A DNA stretch of 64,000 nt from an uncultured Nostoc sp. (GCF_937863485.1 NZ_CALMFY010000104.1:16001-80000), one strand, 5' to 3'. Counted from the first letter of the stretch, positions 39,797 to 50,529 are shown. Numbers and translations: made by a program. Notes: generated by a model from the letters alone, not told the origin.

Positions 39797-40900
39797 CTAC
39801 CCCATACCTTCCATAACTGGATGGAAGTAGAAGGCGAATCCCAACACTGTATAGGCAGCTAATAATAAAGTGCCTTCCAGCCAATTAGATCTACCATCGG
39901 AACTAATAGTGTTTGCAATCAACACTGACACAACCACAGCTACTAATTCAAAGGGTTTGAAATCCAAATCCATTGGTTTACCCAATATCCGCCCTGCTAT
40001 AACTAATACAGGCGCGACAAATAGGGCAATCTGCATACTTGATCCCACAGCTACCGAAAGGGAAAGATCCATCTTATCTTTCATCGCCACTGTGACTGCT
40101 GTAGCGTGTTCGGCCGCGTTACCAACGATGGGAACCAAAATTACCCCTGTGAACAGCGCCGTCAAACCTAGCTGAGATGTAGCCACCTCCAGAGAATCCA
40201 CTAGCATTTCTGACTCAATTGCCACTAGCAAGGTACACACTAGCAGCACGCCAACCCATAATGCCATATTTGGTTTAGCATGAGATATTGATATTTCCTC
40301 TGCTTCTGCTTCTGCCTCCGCTAAACCCACATCATATAGATAGGAGTGGGTTTTCATTGAAAATAGCAGCGTTAGGGCATAAACCAGGATTAACACCACA
40401 GCAACAGCAATAGAAAGATTTTGCAGTGTTTGTTGGTTAATTCCTTGAGAAGTGTAATTCATCGCCGTTGGCATCAAAATGGCAATTACCGCCAAATTCA
40501 TTGAAGCAGCATTCACCCGCGCCACAATTGGCTGAAATGTCTGTTCTTTGTAGCGCAGTCCTCCCAAAAGCATGGAAAAACCCATCACCAGTAGTAAGTT
40601 GCTAATAATTGATCCCGTGATACTGGCTTTGACTACATCTATTAACCCAGCGTTCAGCGCGATTAGGGCGATGATTAATTCTGTAGCATTGCCAAAGGTG
40701 GCGTTTAACAAGCCCCCCAATGATGGCCCCACTACGACAGCAATTTCTTCTGTAGCTGTACCCATCCAAGCTGCTAAGGGCAGAATTGCTAATCCAGCTG
40801 TAATGAAAACTATCAATTCTCCCCACTCCAGAAAGTGGGCTGCTAGGGAAACCGGGATAAACAGCAATAAAACCAGAAGAATAATGTTTTTTGTTGACAT
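39797..40900 (-). CDS. cax: Calcium/proton exchanger (CAX)
   Basis: GGLLNATFGNATELI, GSIISNLLLV, GNAAEH, GSSMQIALFVAP, SNWLEG. Confidence 0.95.
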   Translation of the reverse strand: MSTKNIILLVLLLFIPVSLAAHFLEWGELIVFITAGLAILPLAAWMGTATEEIAVVVGPSLGGLLNATFGNATELIIALIALNAGLIDVVKASITGSIISNLLLVMGFSMLLGGLRYKEQTFQPIVARVNAASMNLAVIAILMPTAMNYTSQGINQQTLQNLSIAVAVVLILVYALTLLFSMKTHSYLYDVGLAEAEAEAEEISISHAKPNMALWVGVLLVCTLLVAIESEMLVDSLEVATSQLGLTALFTGVILVPIVGNAAEHATAVTVAMKDKMDLSLSVAVGSSMQIALFVAPVLVIAGRILGKPMDLDFKPFELVAVVVSVLIANTISSDGRSNWLEGTLLLAAYTVLGFAFYFHPVMEGMG

Positions 40901-41476
40901 TTGTTGTCTTGAGTTGAGGGTATCATCCACAGCCAGCAATCCTAAGTTTAAAATTTGGAGTGTTGAATAAAAAATAACTTTCAATTCAGCACTCTCATAG
41001 GATACTCTCAACCGTCTGTAGAGCAATTCAGAAATTGTACTGTTTTCAGTTCACTGCTGTGTATGTAAAATAAAATTGCGATTTAAGGAGTTTTTGTCAT
41101 CTTTTGTTGCAAAAGTATGAATTTGAGCCAAATTATTACACCAGGAATGGGGTTTAATATATTAAAAGACAATTAAAATTTTGATTGGCGCTGAAGAAGA
41201 GAAAACCCCTAACTGAGTTTTTGTTCAATGGCTGATTATTTTGAGCCTTCAGGGAAAGGGCTGTCTTACAAAGTTCCTTTATAGTCGGCACCGCCCAACG
41301 GACTTTACGCTGTGCGATAACGCAGATTTCCCACTACAATAAGACTGCTTTGTCAAAAATTAGGTTGGATTCCATAGTTGTTGTTTATACCGGATTTTGT
41401 GTTCAAACCATTGGAGAAAGGTTTATGCACAAACTTTTCGGTGCAACTGTAAGTTTTTTGTTTTGGATAAATATAC

Positions 41477-44191
41477 ATGACTTCTGCTGACCAAATGCCA
41501 GCTAGTGGCTCAACGTTAATATTAGATTCAGATCCCAATAACACCAAAGAAACCGATCCCCTGAGAAAGGCCAATGGTGTTTATGTGACGGTGCATGGTC
41601 ATTTTTACCAGCCACCAAGGGAAAACCCTTATCTGGACGCAATTGAACGCCAACCGAGCGCTGCACCTTTCCATGACTGGAATGAGCGGATTCATTGGGA
41701 ATGCTATCGCCCGAATGCTTTTGCCAGAGTCTTAAATGACCGAGGCGAAGTGGTAGAGATCGTCAACAATTATGAGTATTTTAGTTTTAATATTGGACCA
41801 ACGCTGATGTCGTGGCTAGAACGCTACGATGTGGAGGTTTATCAGCGAATTTTAGAGGCGGATGCCAAGAGTAGCCAACGCTTGCATGGTCACGGCAATG
41901 CGATCGCGCAAGTATACAATCACATCATCATGCCTCTGGCGAACGAACGCGACAAATATACCCAAATTCGCTGGGGTAAAGAAGACTTCCGCTCCCGTTT
42001 TGGACGCGATCCCGAAGGCATGTGGCTAGCAGAAACCGGTGTGGACTATGCCACCTTAGAAGCTCTTGTTGCTGAGGGTATTCGCTTCATTATCCTTGCA
42101 CCGTCCCAAGCACTACGTTGCCGTCCCCTCCCCACTCAAGATGATCCCAATCCGGAATGGATCGAAGTCGGTGGTAGTCAGATTGATTCCACTCGTCCCT
42201 ATCGTTGTTATTTGCAGCCCACACTAGGCAGTTCATCTTCAACTCTGAGTACGATCCCCACTAGTCCCAAGGATAGTCGTACAGAAGAATTACCTTATAT
42301 TGATATCTTTTTCTACGATGGCCCGATATCGCGGGACATGGGTTTTAGTGATGTCGTTTATAATTCGACTCACTTTGCTGGACGTATCGGTTCAGCAGTG
42401 CGTGGGGATCATCGGCCAACCCAGTTAATCTCTGTGGCGACGGATGGGGAAACCTTCGGACATCACAAGAAGGGAACTGAGAAAACTTTAGCCTACGCCT
42501 TTACCAGAGAGTTTCCTCAACAGAGTTGGACGGTGACAAACTTCGCCCACTACCTGAGCTTAAATTCTCCCAGTTGGGAAGTGGAATTGAAGTCAGTCAC
42601 GGCTTGGAGTTGCGCCCACGGTGTCGGCAGATGGGAAGATGACTGTGGTTGCGGTGGAGAAGGCAGCGTTTGGCATCAGAAATGGCGTCGTCCCTTGCGG
42701 AATGCTCTAAATTGGCTGCGGGATCAGCTAATTGAGGTGTATGAGGAACATGGGAGGCAGTTATTTCGTGATCCCTGGCAGGCACGAGATGAATATATCC
42801 AAGTGATGCGCGATCGCTCTGCTGGCAATGTCAACCGTTTCCTCTCCCGTCATCAAACCCACAAACTAACAGCAGCCGAACAAGTAGACGCCCTGCGCCT
42901 GTTAGAAATGCAGCGTCACGCTTTGTTAATGTTCACTAGTTGCGGCTGGTTTTTTGAAGAAATTTCCCGTCCAGAGGGGACGCAAATTTTGCGCTACGCC
43001 GCCCGGGCTTTGGAATTGGCGGGGGATGTGGCTGGTGTGCAGTTGGAAAAAGGCTTCGTTAAACGTCTTGGTTTAGCCCCCAGTAATGTGGATGACTTCA
43101 AACACGGTGGGGAAATTTATCGGCAACTGGTGTTAACTGCCCAGCTTGGCTTTAAGCAAGTAGCAGCCCATTACGCGATTACTTCCCTATTTAGCAATCA
43201 CAAACTAGTAGAGACGCGCAATTCTCTGCCGAGAAAAGATGCTGCGGACAAACAGTCTCAGCGTTACCACAAAAAAGTTTATTGCTATGCTGCCAATGAG
43301 TTGGATTACCAACTGCAACGCATGGGATCGCTAACTCTGGCTGTGGGAAATTTAAAGCTGGTATCAGAGATTACTTGGGAAAGTGAGCATTTGGTATTTG
43401 CAGTTCTGCATTTAGGAGGGTGGGATTTCCACTGCTGCATTCAACAATTTACCGGGCGGCGTGACTACAGCCAAATCAAAGAAAAGCTGTTTGGGGCACT
43501 GCAACAAGCTAGTGCGGCTCATACTATCTTGGTGATGACACAGCTATTTGGAAAAATGGCTTTCAGCTTACAAAATCTATTTGCTGAAGAACGCCACCGG
43601 ATTATGCAGTTGCTTAGTCAGGAAACACTGACACGTTTAGGACAATTGTATACCCAAGCCTACCGTGATAATTATGGGGTGCTGATGGCGTTTCATCGAG
43701 ATGAAATAGCAGTACCGCAAGAATTGCAGGTAGCAGCAGATATTGCTTTAGGGCATCGCTGTCTGATCACATTGCGATGGCTTGAGCAAGATATCGCTGA
43801 TCCCCAAAAGAGTTGGAATCACATATTAGAATTGGAGGCGATCGCTACTGAAGCAAAACATCTGCGTTGTCGGCTGAATATTCCCGACGGTAAGCAGATG
43901 TTAGAACAGTTAATTGCGCGATCGCTTTGGCAATTGTTGCATGATGCCAATGGTAGTTTTAATGCAGATATCCAACTATTGGAGCGATTGATTGATGTCG
44001 GGGATCAATTAAATATCGATATTTCTCTACAGCGCTCGCAAGAGCTATATTTTAGTTGTCTGCACAGTCAGATAGCGCCGGTGTGTGTCATTAGCCTTGA
44101 GAATGAAGGAGATAATCAGTGTCTTCAATTGCTCAACTTGGGCAAAAAGTTAGCCGTTGATGTCAGCATGATCTCAAATCAGTTAGGATAA
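41477..44191 (+). CDS. GH57-family glycoside hydrolase with DUF3536 C-terminus
   Basis: HGHFYQPPRENP, WNERI..ECY.PN, GMWLAE, ATDGETFGHH, WSCAHGV.RW, MFTSCGWFF. Confidence 0.9.
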   Translation: MTSADQMPASGSTLILDSDPNNTKETDPLRKANGVYVTVHGHFYQPPRENPYLDAIERQPSAAPFHDWNERIHWECYRPNAFARVLNDRGEVVEIVNNYEYFSFNIGPTLMSWLERYDVEVYQRILEADAKSSQRLHGHGNAIAQVYNHIIMPLANERDKYTQIRWGKEDFRSRFGRDPEGMWLAETGVDYATLEALVAEGIRFIILAPSQALRCRPLPTQDDPNPEWIEVGGSQIDSTRPYRCYLQPTLGSSSSTLSTIPTSPKDSRTEELPYIDIFFYDGPISRDMGFSDVVYNSTHFAGRIGSAVRGDHRPTQLISVATDGETFGHHKKGTEKTLAYAFTREFPQQSWTVTNFAHYLSLNSPSWEVELKSVTAWSCAHGVGRWEDDCGCGGEGSVWHQKWRRPLRNALNWLRDQLIEVYEEHGRQLFRDPWQARDEYIQVMRDRSAGNVNRFLSRHQTHKLTAAEQVDALRLLEMQRHALLMFTSCGWFFEEISRPEGTQILRYAARALELAGDVAGVQLEKGFVKRLGLAPSNVDDFKHGGEIYRQLVLTAQLGFKQVAAHYAITSLFSNHKLVETRNSLPRKDAADKQSQRYHKKVYCYAANELDYQLQRMGSLTLAVGNLKLVSEITWESEHLVFAVLHLGGWDFHCCIQQFTGRRDYSQIKEKLFGALQQASAAHTILVMTQLFGKMAFSLQNLFAEERHRIMQLLSQETLTRLGQLYTQAYRDNYGVLMAFHRDEIAVPQELQVAADIALGHRCLITLRWLEQDIADPQKSWNHILELEAIATEAKHLRCRLNIPDGKQMLEQLIARSLWQLLHDANGSFNADIQLLERLIDVGDQLNIDISLQRSQELYFSCLHSQIAPVCVISLENEGDNQCLQLLNLGKKLAVDVSMISNQLG

Positions 44192-44205
44192 AAATCTCAC
44201 ACACA

Positions 44206-44232
44206 GAGAAGGGGATAATCCCCTTTTCTTTT
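44206..44232. terminator. Probable bidirectional terminator
   Basis: AGAAGGGGAT-A-ATCCCCTTTTCT between convergent genes. Confidence 0.6.
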
Positions 44233-44241
44233 TAACTTCTT

Positions 44242-44487
44242 TTACTTAACCTGGGGGCGATCGCAATGGTATGGATAAAGCCACTCACACTTGAAGAGTC
44301 CGTGGGTATGTTTCTCAAAAAAGGTTCCTGCATGGCGTCCAGGTGATATATCGATCCCAGCTTTCGTTTTAATCTCATATAGCCAAGGAAAGGCTACTAC
44401 TAAAACAGCTATGACAGCGAAGAGGTAGAGAATCGTAGTTCTAATATTGAGGAATCTTAAGGAATTGCTATTGTGATTTTGAGGCAT
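44242..44487 (-). CDS. Small hypothetical membrane protein (81 aa)
   Basis: One TM helix; C-terminal KCEWLYPYHCD. Confidence 0.65.
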   Translation of the reverse strand: MPQNHNSNSLRFLNIRTTILYLFAVIAVLVVAFPWLYEIKTKAGIDISPGRHAGTFFEKHTHGLFKCEWLYPYHCDRPQVK

Positions 44488-44523
44488 AGATAATCAGAAA
44501 CTAATAGCCCATCTGATCCTAAC

Positions 44524-44769
44524 TTAAAGCTGAAAATATCGCCGGAAGCGGGGATCAATGTTGTCTGTTTTCTGCTGATTGCAGGTAAGACAGAGAGTTT
44601 GGAGATTGCTGATATCGTTTTGACCACCACGGGCAAGGGGAATGATATGGTCAATACTCAGGTTAGTTTCTCCAGTAGTTTTACCGCAGCTTTGGCATTG
44701 GTATTTGTCACGTTGAAAGACATATTTCTTTACTTCCAGTGGGATACGAATGCGGGGAGTTTTGCTCAT
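44524..44769 (-). CDS. Stand-alone HNH endonuclease
   Basis: VFQRDKYQCQSCG...IDHIIPLARGG.ND.SNLQTLCLTCNQQK; ATG at 44769 lies 4 nt after the upstream stop. Confidence 0.9.
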   Translation of the reverse strand: MSKTPRIRIPLEVKKYVFQRDKYQCQSCGKTTGETNLSIDHIIPLARGGQNDISNLQTLCLTCNQQKTDNIDPRFRRYFQL

Positions 44770-44773
44770 TTCC

Positions 44774-45889
44774 TTAGTTGCGAAGAAATCCTTCCAAGCT
44801 GGGTACATCTACCCAACTTGCTTTTGTATGAGATTCATGGGATAAATCCATCAACAACTGAGAATAAATTCCTTCTCGCAGCGATGGTGTAATTTCCTGA
44901 TTGCGGTCAATTCCTTGCACCCATTGGTCTACTACGCGGATAAATGCAGAAATGCGCCCATCAGCATGATTTTTAGGAAAAATTAACCGATTCGGTATTT
45001 CTATTTCCGTTAGAGGTTTACCTGGCTGGGAACCCCAAACACGAAAGCCATGTATATAATCTTTTTGATTTTCACTGCCCACAATTAATGTACCGCGATC
45101 GCCATATACTTCTATCCAATGGGTTCTTGGTGCATGAACAACCGCACTGATCGAAAGTTGGCAAGGTGTGCCATTTGCTAATTCCAGCGTTAATATACAG
45201 TTGTCATCTGTATTGACTGGCTTAGATTCCCCACTAACAGGGTCAATTCGTGTGGGAATAGCAGTAGTTAAATGGGCGTTTAATCTCCGGACTGGCCCGA
45301 ATAACCAGTGAATGTAATCGAAAGCGTGAGAACCCAAAGACCCTAATGCACCACCTCCTTTATCTTTTTCAGAATACCAATTCCAAGGGCGTGAAGTATC
45401 AGCACGAGAAGAACCTAACCAATCAATTTTAATTAAGCGCAACTTACCCACATAGTTTTCTGACAATAGTTCAGCAAATAACTGCCATGCAGGTACAAAG
45501 CGAAATTCAAAGTCTACAGTTGCAATGACGCTTTTTTCTCTAGCTAACTGATAAAGTTCTTTAGCTTCAACTGCATTTAAGGTTGTCGGTTTTTCTAGTA
45601 ATAAATGTTTCCCAGCTTGCAGTACAGCTTTTGCCATTTCATAGTGCAAAAATGGCGGCGTAGAGATGCTGACTGCTTGCACTTTTGGCAATGCCACAAT
45701 ATCTGTAAGTGAATCGTAAGCGTGAGGAATATTATGGGATTCTGCTATCGCTTTGGCTTTATTTATATCTCGGTGATAAACAGCAACTACCTCAGTTTGA
45801 GGATGTGCTTTGAATCCAGGGATGTGGACTTTTTGACCAAATCCAGTGCCTGCGATCGCAATCCCAATCACATCATCCTTTACTCGCAT
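44774..45889 (-). CDS. Gfo/Idh/MocA family oxidoreductase
   Basis: GIAIAGTGFG, VSISTPP..H, HLLLEKP, GGGALGSLGSHAFD. Confidence 0.92.
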   Translation of the reverse strand: MRVKDDVIGIAIAGTGFGQKVHIPGFKAHPQTEVVAVYHRDINKAKAIAESHNIPHAYDSLTDIVALPKVQAVSISTPPFLHYEMAKAVLQAGKHLLLEKPTTLNAVEAKELYQLAREKSVIATVDFEFRFVPAWQLFAELLSENYVGKLRLIKIDWLGSSRADTSRPWNWYSEKDKGGGALGSLGSHAFDYIHWLFGPVRRLNAHLTTAIPTRIDPVSGESKPVNTDDNCILTLELANGTPCQLSISAVVHAPRTHWIEVYGDRGTLIVGSENQKDYIHGFRVWGSQPGKPLTEIEIPNRLIFPKNHADGRISAFIRVVDQWVQGIDRNQEITPSLREGIYSQLLMDLSHESHTKASWVDVPSLEGFLRN

Positions 45890-45903
45890 ACTTCTACAAG
45901 TTA

Positions 45904-46815
45904 CTATTTACCTAATAATATCATTTTATCTATCATATCTAATATATCCGAGTCTTTCCTTGGATCAAACTTCCTAGCAAATAATTTTTCTGATTGCCTG
46001 ATTTTTTCAAAATCCTTTTTCTCTAAAATTATTGGATGATAGGCATTAATGTCGCCACCCCAATCTATATATTTCAGATTATCGTTAACTACCTTATCTT
46101 TAAAAGGTGAATTTAAGATAAGTGTCTGAAAAAATATCTCATCTGTACAATAAGTGTAATTAAAACGTTTAACAAACTTAGGATTTTGCTTGACAAAAAT
46201 ATTTATCCATTTTATACATTCTCCTGTTAAACACCAAAATTGAGAACCTCCATAAATAGCAAAGCCTTCAGGAAGTTTGCGTTTTTTAACTAAAGGCAAA
46301 ATTAAAAATGAATATAATAAAGATACAATAGGAGATTTAAATTCACGCTTTTCAGGAATACAAAAATATTGATCATTCCAAAATATGTGCCAATATTCTA
46401 TTCTTATTAAACCGCCTTCTTTCCATTGACTATCAGGTAGGGGGAAATATTCTATAAATTCTTTGCCTTGATTTTCTTCAAGAAATCTCTTGATATATGC
46501 ATTTGTTTTTATCAAATAGTCTTGACCTGATAAAAATATAACATAATCAAATTCCAGCCCGGTTTTCCCTATTAGATTTATTGCTTCTAAAGTAGCTTTT
46601 ACCAGATTAAAACTTCCCCAGTGGGAATTATATCTCTTGACAAAAAATACATTGGATAATTTATTTAATTGATTAAATATCTGAGAATATATTGTCTTAT
46701 CTGTTTTTTTATCTATATGGATAAAAAATGAAACATCATCTGTATTCAATTTAAAAATAAGCCGTGCCAATTGTTCAGGATAATTATGTGCTAAAATTAT
46801 ATATGCTATTCTCAT
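45904..46815 (-). CDS. Beta-1,6-N-acetylglucosaminyltransferase (Core-2/I-branching, GT14) family protein
   Basis: IAYIILAH, FFIHIDKK, WGSFNLVKA, LSGQDY, GGSQFW, DEIFFQT, LFARKF. Confidence 0.88.
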   Translation of the reverse strand: MRIAYIILAHNYPEQLARLIFKLNTDDVSFFIHIDKKTDKTIYSQIFNQLNKLSNVFFVKRYNSHWGSFNLVKATLEAINLIGKTGLEFDYVIFLSGQDYLIKTNAYIKRFLEENQGKEFIEYFPLPDSQWKEGGLIRIEYWHIFWNDQYFCIPEKREFKSPIVSLLYSFLILPLVKKRKLPEGFAIYGGSQFWCLTGECIKWINIFVKQNPKFVKRFNYTYCTDEIFFQTLILNSPFKDKVVNDNLKYIDWGGDINAYHPIILEKKDFEKIRQSEKLFARKFDPRKDSDILDMIDKMILLGK

Positions 46816-46959
46816 AAAAATTATCTTGGTAGAGAAACAAATTTGTTTCTTTTGTTACCCTCATCCTATAGGATTTAATTTAAGCTTCATTACGAAATGA
46901 TGAAAACTTAAAAAAGAACCAGATATAAAGGCAAACTTTAAGATTGTATCATGCTAACC

Positions 46960-47410
46960 AGAGTTCGATATAATAAGTTATTGAAAGGCTTTAAAGCAAT
47001 TTATACATAAAGTTATTTTACGGCGGTTATAGTGATATCTTCGTTATTGGGAAAGGGCTGTAAATCTTCAGTGAGTAGTCGGAGTTTAAAACCACACGGA
47101 ATGGCTGCACCTACAGTGAGGTTACGTAACTCAAAGCGCCACGTCTGGTTCGCCTTGTGGTATAATTAGCAATTCGTAGATTTGACCGAACTTTAAATTT
47201 TGGATAATCGAAAAGAAGATTCTTGCGTTCCATTATTTAATGCATGTTTGAGACCTACGAATTTAAACGCAAGAAGAATTCCTGGAGTTTAGACTAGTTG
47301 ACAAGATAAAATAGCCTCTGGTTGCATTTGATCAACACCCAGCACCCTAGCCGCACTCAGTAGTAAAGTTGTACAATCTCCTGTAATTGCGGTTCAAGTT
47401 GAGCGATCGC
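46960..47410 (-). pseudogene. Degraded remnant of a DUF1822-like gene, probably with a fragment of the preceding sigma-like gene
   Basis: Manual translation gives AIAQLEPQLQEIVQLYY* and GQIYELLIIPQGEP/(frameshift)WRFELRNLTVGAAIPCGFKLRLLTEDLQPFPNNED with multiple stops. Family assignment is from memory. Confidence 0.45.
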
Positions 47411-47538
47411 CACTACTAAAATTTTGTTAATCTCTGTTTACTGAGAGATTCTACTTCGTTCTTCTTGGGCTACAATTTTATCGATTAGGGATTGTTGTTG
47501 ACTTCCGGTAAGATTGTCAAGCCACTCCCACGAATCAT

Positions 47539-47629
47539 TAGACATCTGGTGAAATTAAATATGCGTTATCCAGAACCCTTGTAGCGACGCAAATTTCGCG
47601 TCTCTACATTCTTTTTCACCAGATGTCTA
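47539..47629. mobile_element. MITE (91 bp) containing a REP-like palindrome
   Basis: Perfect 16-bp TIR TAGACATCTGGTGAAA / TTTCACCAGATGTCTA; internal GTAGCGACGCAAATTTCGCGTCTCTAC. Confidence 0.85.
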
Positions 47630-47819
47630 TTGCCATCTTTGGGGTATTGAGAGACTTCGGGGTAAAATAATCATACTTGCGTAGATATTTAGCAGAATTT
47701 AGCAGCTATTTTTACACTTCTTGAGATGTTCCTGATGCCTCCTCCTTCAGAACTATAAGACTTACGCACAATAGATTCGCTCTATGTCGTAAACTTAATA
47801 ACACTAACAGATTTTCAAT

Positions 47820-49331
47820 ATGCGAGTTCAAATAACTGTAGTTGCGATCGCGGTAATGTTAGTGGGTGGGAAAAATCCAGAAGCCCTTGCAGACTCGCAA
47901 TCTTCTACTCAGGATGGGGCTAGTGGTATTGTGACGCCGGAAGCTACGATCCATATAGAGGGAGGGTATGCCAAATATGGTAATTATATAGGAGCGACTT
48001 CAGGAGATAGCCAAGCGCTGGAATTTTCCCAAAAAGTTGTCAAAAACATCCAGATTCGTTTTATTAATCACAAAAATGAGTCACTCGATGACAAAGGTCA
48101 GTCAATTAAAGGGCGGACTCAGACAGATTTTATCATAGGTCTGCTCAGACTCAAACCCGGTCAGGTATTCCGTGAGGATTTGCTTCAAGCAGACTTGCAA
48201 CGATTGAGGAGATTAGAGTCATTTAATCAAGTAGATGTTGATCGAGAAGAAGATGCCTCCAGTGTTAATATCATTTATAAAATCAAAGAGCGTCGCTTCC
48301 CTTCTCTAATCTTAGGAGGCGGTAGTAACGATGATGTTGGGCTATACGGTCGGGTAGGTTATAAAGATGCAAATATCAGCGGTCTTAACGATAAATTAGA
48401 TACAACTGTGCAGTTTAGCACTAAAGATGTCCAGTTTAATAGTCAGTTCATTAGTCGTTATCGTCCTGAAGAACCAAACCGCTTAGGCTATAGCATTAGA
48501 AGTTTTCGTAGTCGAAATGTATCGGGAACTTTCAACGAAGATATCAGATTGGCTAACGGCAACAAAGTGCGGGAGGGAAGGTTTGGCGCTTCTGTGGGAC
48601 TCTTACGCTCTTTCGATGACTGGGATACATCTGTGGCTCTCAACTATACCAGGATTAGCCTCCGCGATCAAGAGTATAACGTTGCACAGGTCGATAGATT
48701 AGGGAGTCCCCTATCTGTCAGCGGTACTGGCATTGATGACCTATTTACAGTATCATTTGCTGTATCCAGAGATCAACGCGATCGCCGAGACAATCCGACT
48801 CAAGGATCAATCCTCACCCTCAGTACAGAACAGGCGATTCCCATTGGACTGGGTAATATTTCCAGCAACCGCCTACGGGGAGACTATATTCAATATTTAC
48901 CAGTCAGTTGGATAGGTAATGGTAGACCAACCGACAATCCAGAAATGTTGGCTATTAATTTACAAATTGGCACAACTTTTGGAGACTTTCCACCAGCTGA
49001 TGCTTTTAATATTGGTGGGCTAAATTCTGTTAGAGGTTATGGTTATGGTAAAGTTGCCAGTGGTCGGAGTTATGGTTTAGCTTCTGTGGAATATCGTTTC
49101 CCAATTTTTCAGTCAATAGGAGGAATTCTCTTTAGTGACTTAGCCTCAGATTTCGGGTCTAGCGAAACCGTGCTAGGAGAACCAGGAGTGCTGCGAGACA
49201 AACCTGGAAGTGGCTTTGGCTACGGCTTAGGATTGAGACTGAAGTCATCCTTTGGGCTGATTCGAGGCGACTTAGGAATTAGCGACCAAGGAGAAGTTAG
49301 ATTTGAAGTTACTACAGGTCAGCGATTTTAA
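47820..49331 (+). CDS. Omp85/BamA-TamA family outer-membrane protein (short, apparently one POTRA domain)
   Basis: POTRA-like segment (L.LKPGQVF....LQADLQRL..L..F); barrel motifs F.IGG.NSVRGY, ASVEYRFP, G.GYGLGLR..S..G.IR.D; terminal Phe. Confidence 0.88.
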   Translation: MRVQITVVAIAVMLVGGKNPEALADSQSSTQDGASGIVTPEATIHIEGGYAKYGNYIGATSGDSQALEFSQKVVKNIQIRFINHKNESLDDKGQSIKGRTQTDFIIGLLRLKPGQVFREDLLQADLQRLRRLESFNQVDVDREEDASSVNIIYKIKERRFPSLILGGGSNDDVGLYGRVGYKDANISGLNDKLDTTVQFSTKDVQFNSQFISRYRPEEPNRLGYSIRSFRSRNVSGTFNEDIRLANGNKVREGRFGASVGLLRSFDDWDTSVALNYTRISLRDQEYNVAQVDRLGSPLSVSGTGIDDLFTVSFAVSRDQRDRRDNPTQGSILTLSTEQAIPIGLGNISSNRLRGDYIQYLPVSWIGNGRPTDNPEMLAINLQIGTTFGDFPPADAFNIGGLNSVRGYGYGKVASGRSYGLASVEYRFPIFQSIGGILFSDLASDFGSSETVLGEPGVLRDKPGSGFGYGLGLRLKSSFGLIRGDLGISDQGEVRFEVTTGQRF

Positions 49332-49656
49332 TCCCAACTGTGATTACTTTGCGTTTCTTTGCGTTAACCGATACTTTTTTGCTATCATTCATTAACAAAT
49401 ACACTGAGTATATCGAAACTCAAGAAACTTTATCAGACACTATTAAATATTTATCAGAAAATATTTCGCTTAAAACAAAGGAGCATTTGATGTCAAATTA
49501 TTATTTCAAATTTTAGTAAGGGCAGCAAGTTCGGGATATGCAATTTGCGACACGCTACAAGCCATTTGTCCAACATAACTGGTAATCAGCTTTTGCTTTA
49601 TGCCAGATTCATGCCACTTTATGCGTTATGTCAGAAGTCAATTTTGCTGTAAAGTA

Positions 49657-49729
<73 letters not shown>

Positions 49730-49803
49730 TGGGGCTTTTGTGACCCACGATTAATAAATGTAGCAAACATCAAAGAAAATAGCAAGTCTTTGGAGAAAAA
49801 TAT

Positions 49804-50480
49804 TTATGCAGCTTTCAATCTCAACTTGAACCAGATCAAAACGGCTACAAATAGCAGAAACGGGCCAGAAACAAGGCTGAAAATATCTGCGACAATGATG
49901 CCAGCAATGCTGCTGATGGAACCAACTATCACCGACATGACTAAAAAGCAGCTAAAGTGGTGACTCATCAGTTGCGATCGCAATGGCGATTTACGATATA
50001 AATATCATGAGAAACTTGCAATACGTCCAACCCTCCTCCCGCCTTAATTCATTTAGCAAAGCGTAAAAATCTGCTGAACCTTGCACATCAACACTAGCAA
50101 ACCCTTCATCTAGTACCAACAGTTTCTAAGGCATTACCAAACAATAAGCCAATAAAACCCGCTTAAGTTCACCACCGCTAAGAGTACCAATAGCTTGATG
50201 CTGTAAATTATAAGCATCGGTTTGCCGTAAAGCTTCTACTTCTATTCCACCAGTTTCCAGAGAATCCAAAGGACGCAAAGTTAACTTCAAGTCTTTGGAA
50301 AGGCTGGTTAAATTTGTTATCTACTCCTGGTTCACTAAATAAAGCTTTAACTTTGTACTTTTTCACAGCATTGACTGCATTTTACACATCTGTTGGTGAA
50401 AGTTGATCTTCGGGAATTTGCACCACAGCAACTTGCTTGAGGTTATAGCGTTTAACTAAATATGGAAACGCATCATCAAA
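49804..50480 (-). pseudogene. Collapsed Zn/Mn ABC transporter operon (znuA-, znuC- and znuB-like fragments)
   Basis: 50480-50249: SBP fragment (DAFPYLVKRYNLKQVAVV.IPEDQLSPTDV*...ALFSEPG). 50248-49974: ATPase fragment (LSGGE, LLVLDE, QVSHD). 49968-49804: permease C-terminus (SVIVGSISSIAGII..SGP). Confidence 0.85.
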
Positions 50481-50514
50481 GATAATAGCGGATTGCCTTT
50501 TTCTAAATTTTACA

Positions 50515-50529
50515 ATATAATGATTCTCA
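50515..50529 (-). promoter_or_regulatory. Candidate Zur box
   Basis: Minus strand TGAGAAT-C-ATTATAT versus the 7-1-7 consensus TGATAAT-N-ATTATCA (11/14), immediately upstream of the znu remnant. Confidence 0.45.

Noticed and set aside
47755-47800. Second AGGACTTACGCA-type MITE
   Set aside because: Only one degenerate end (AGACTTACGCAC) is visible, with no partner TIR or TSD.
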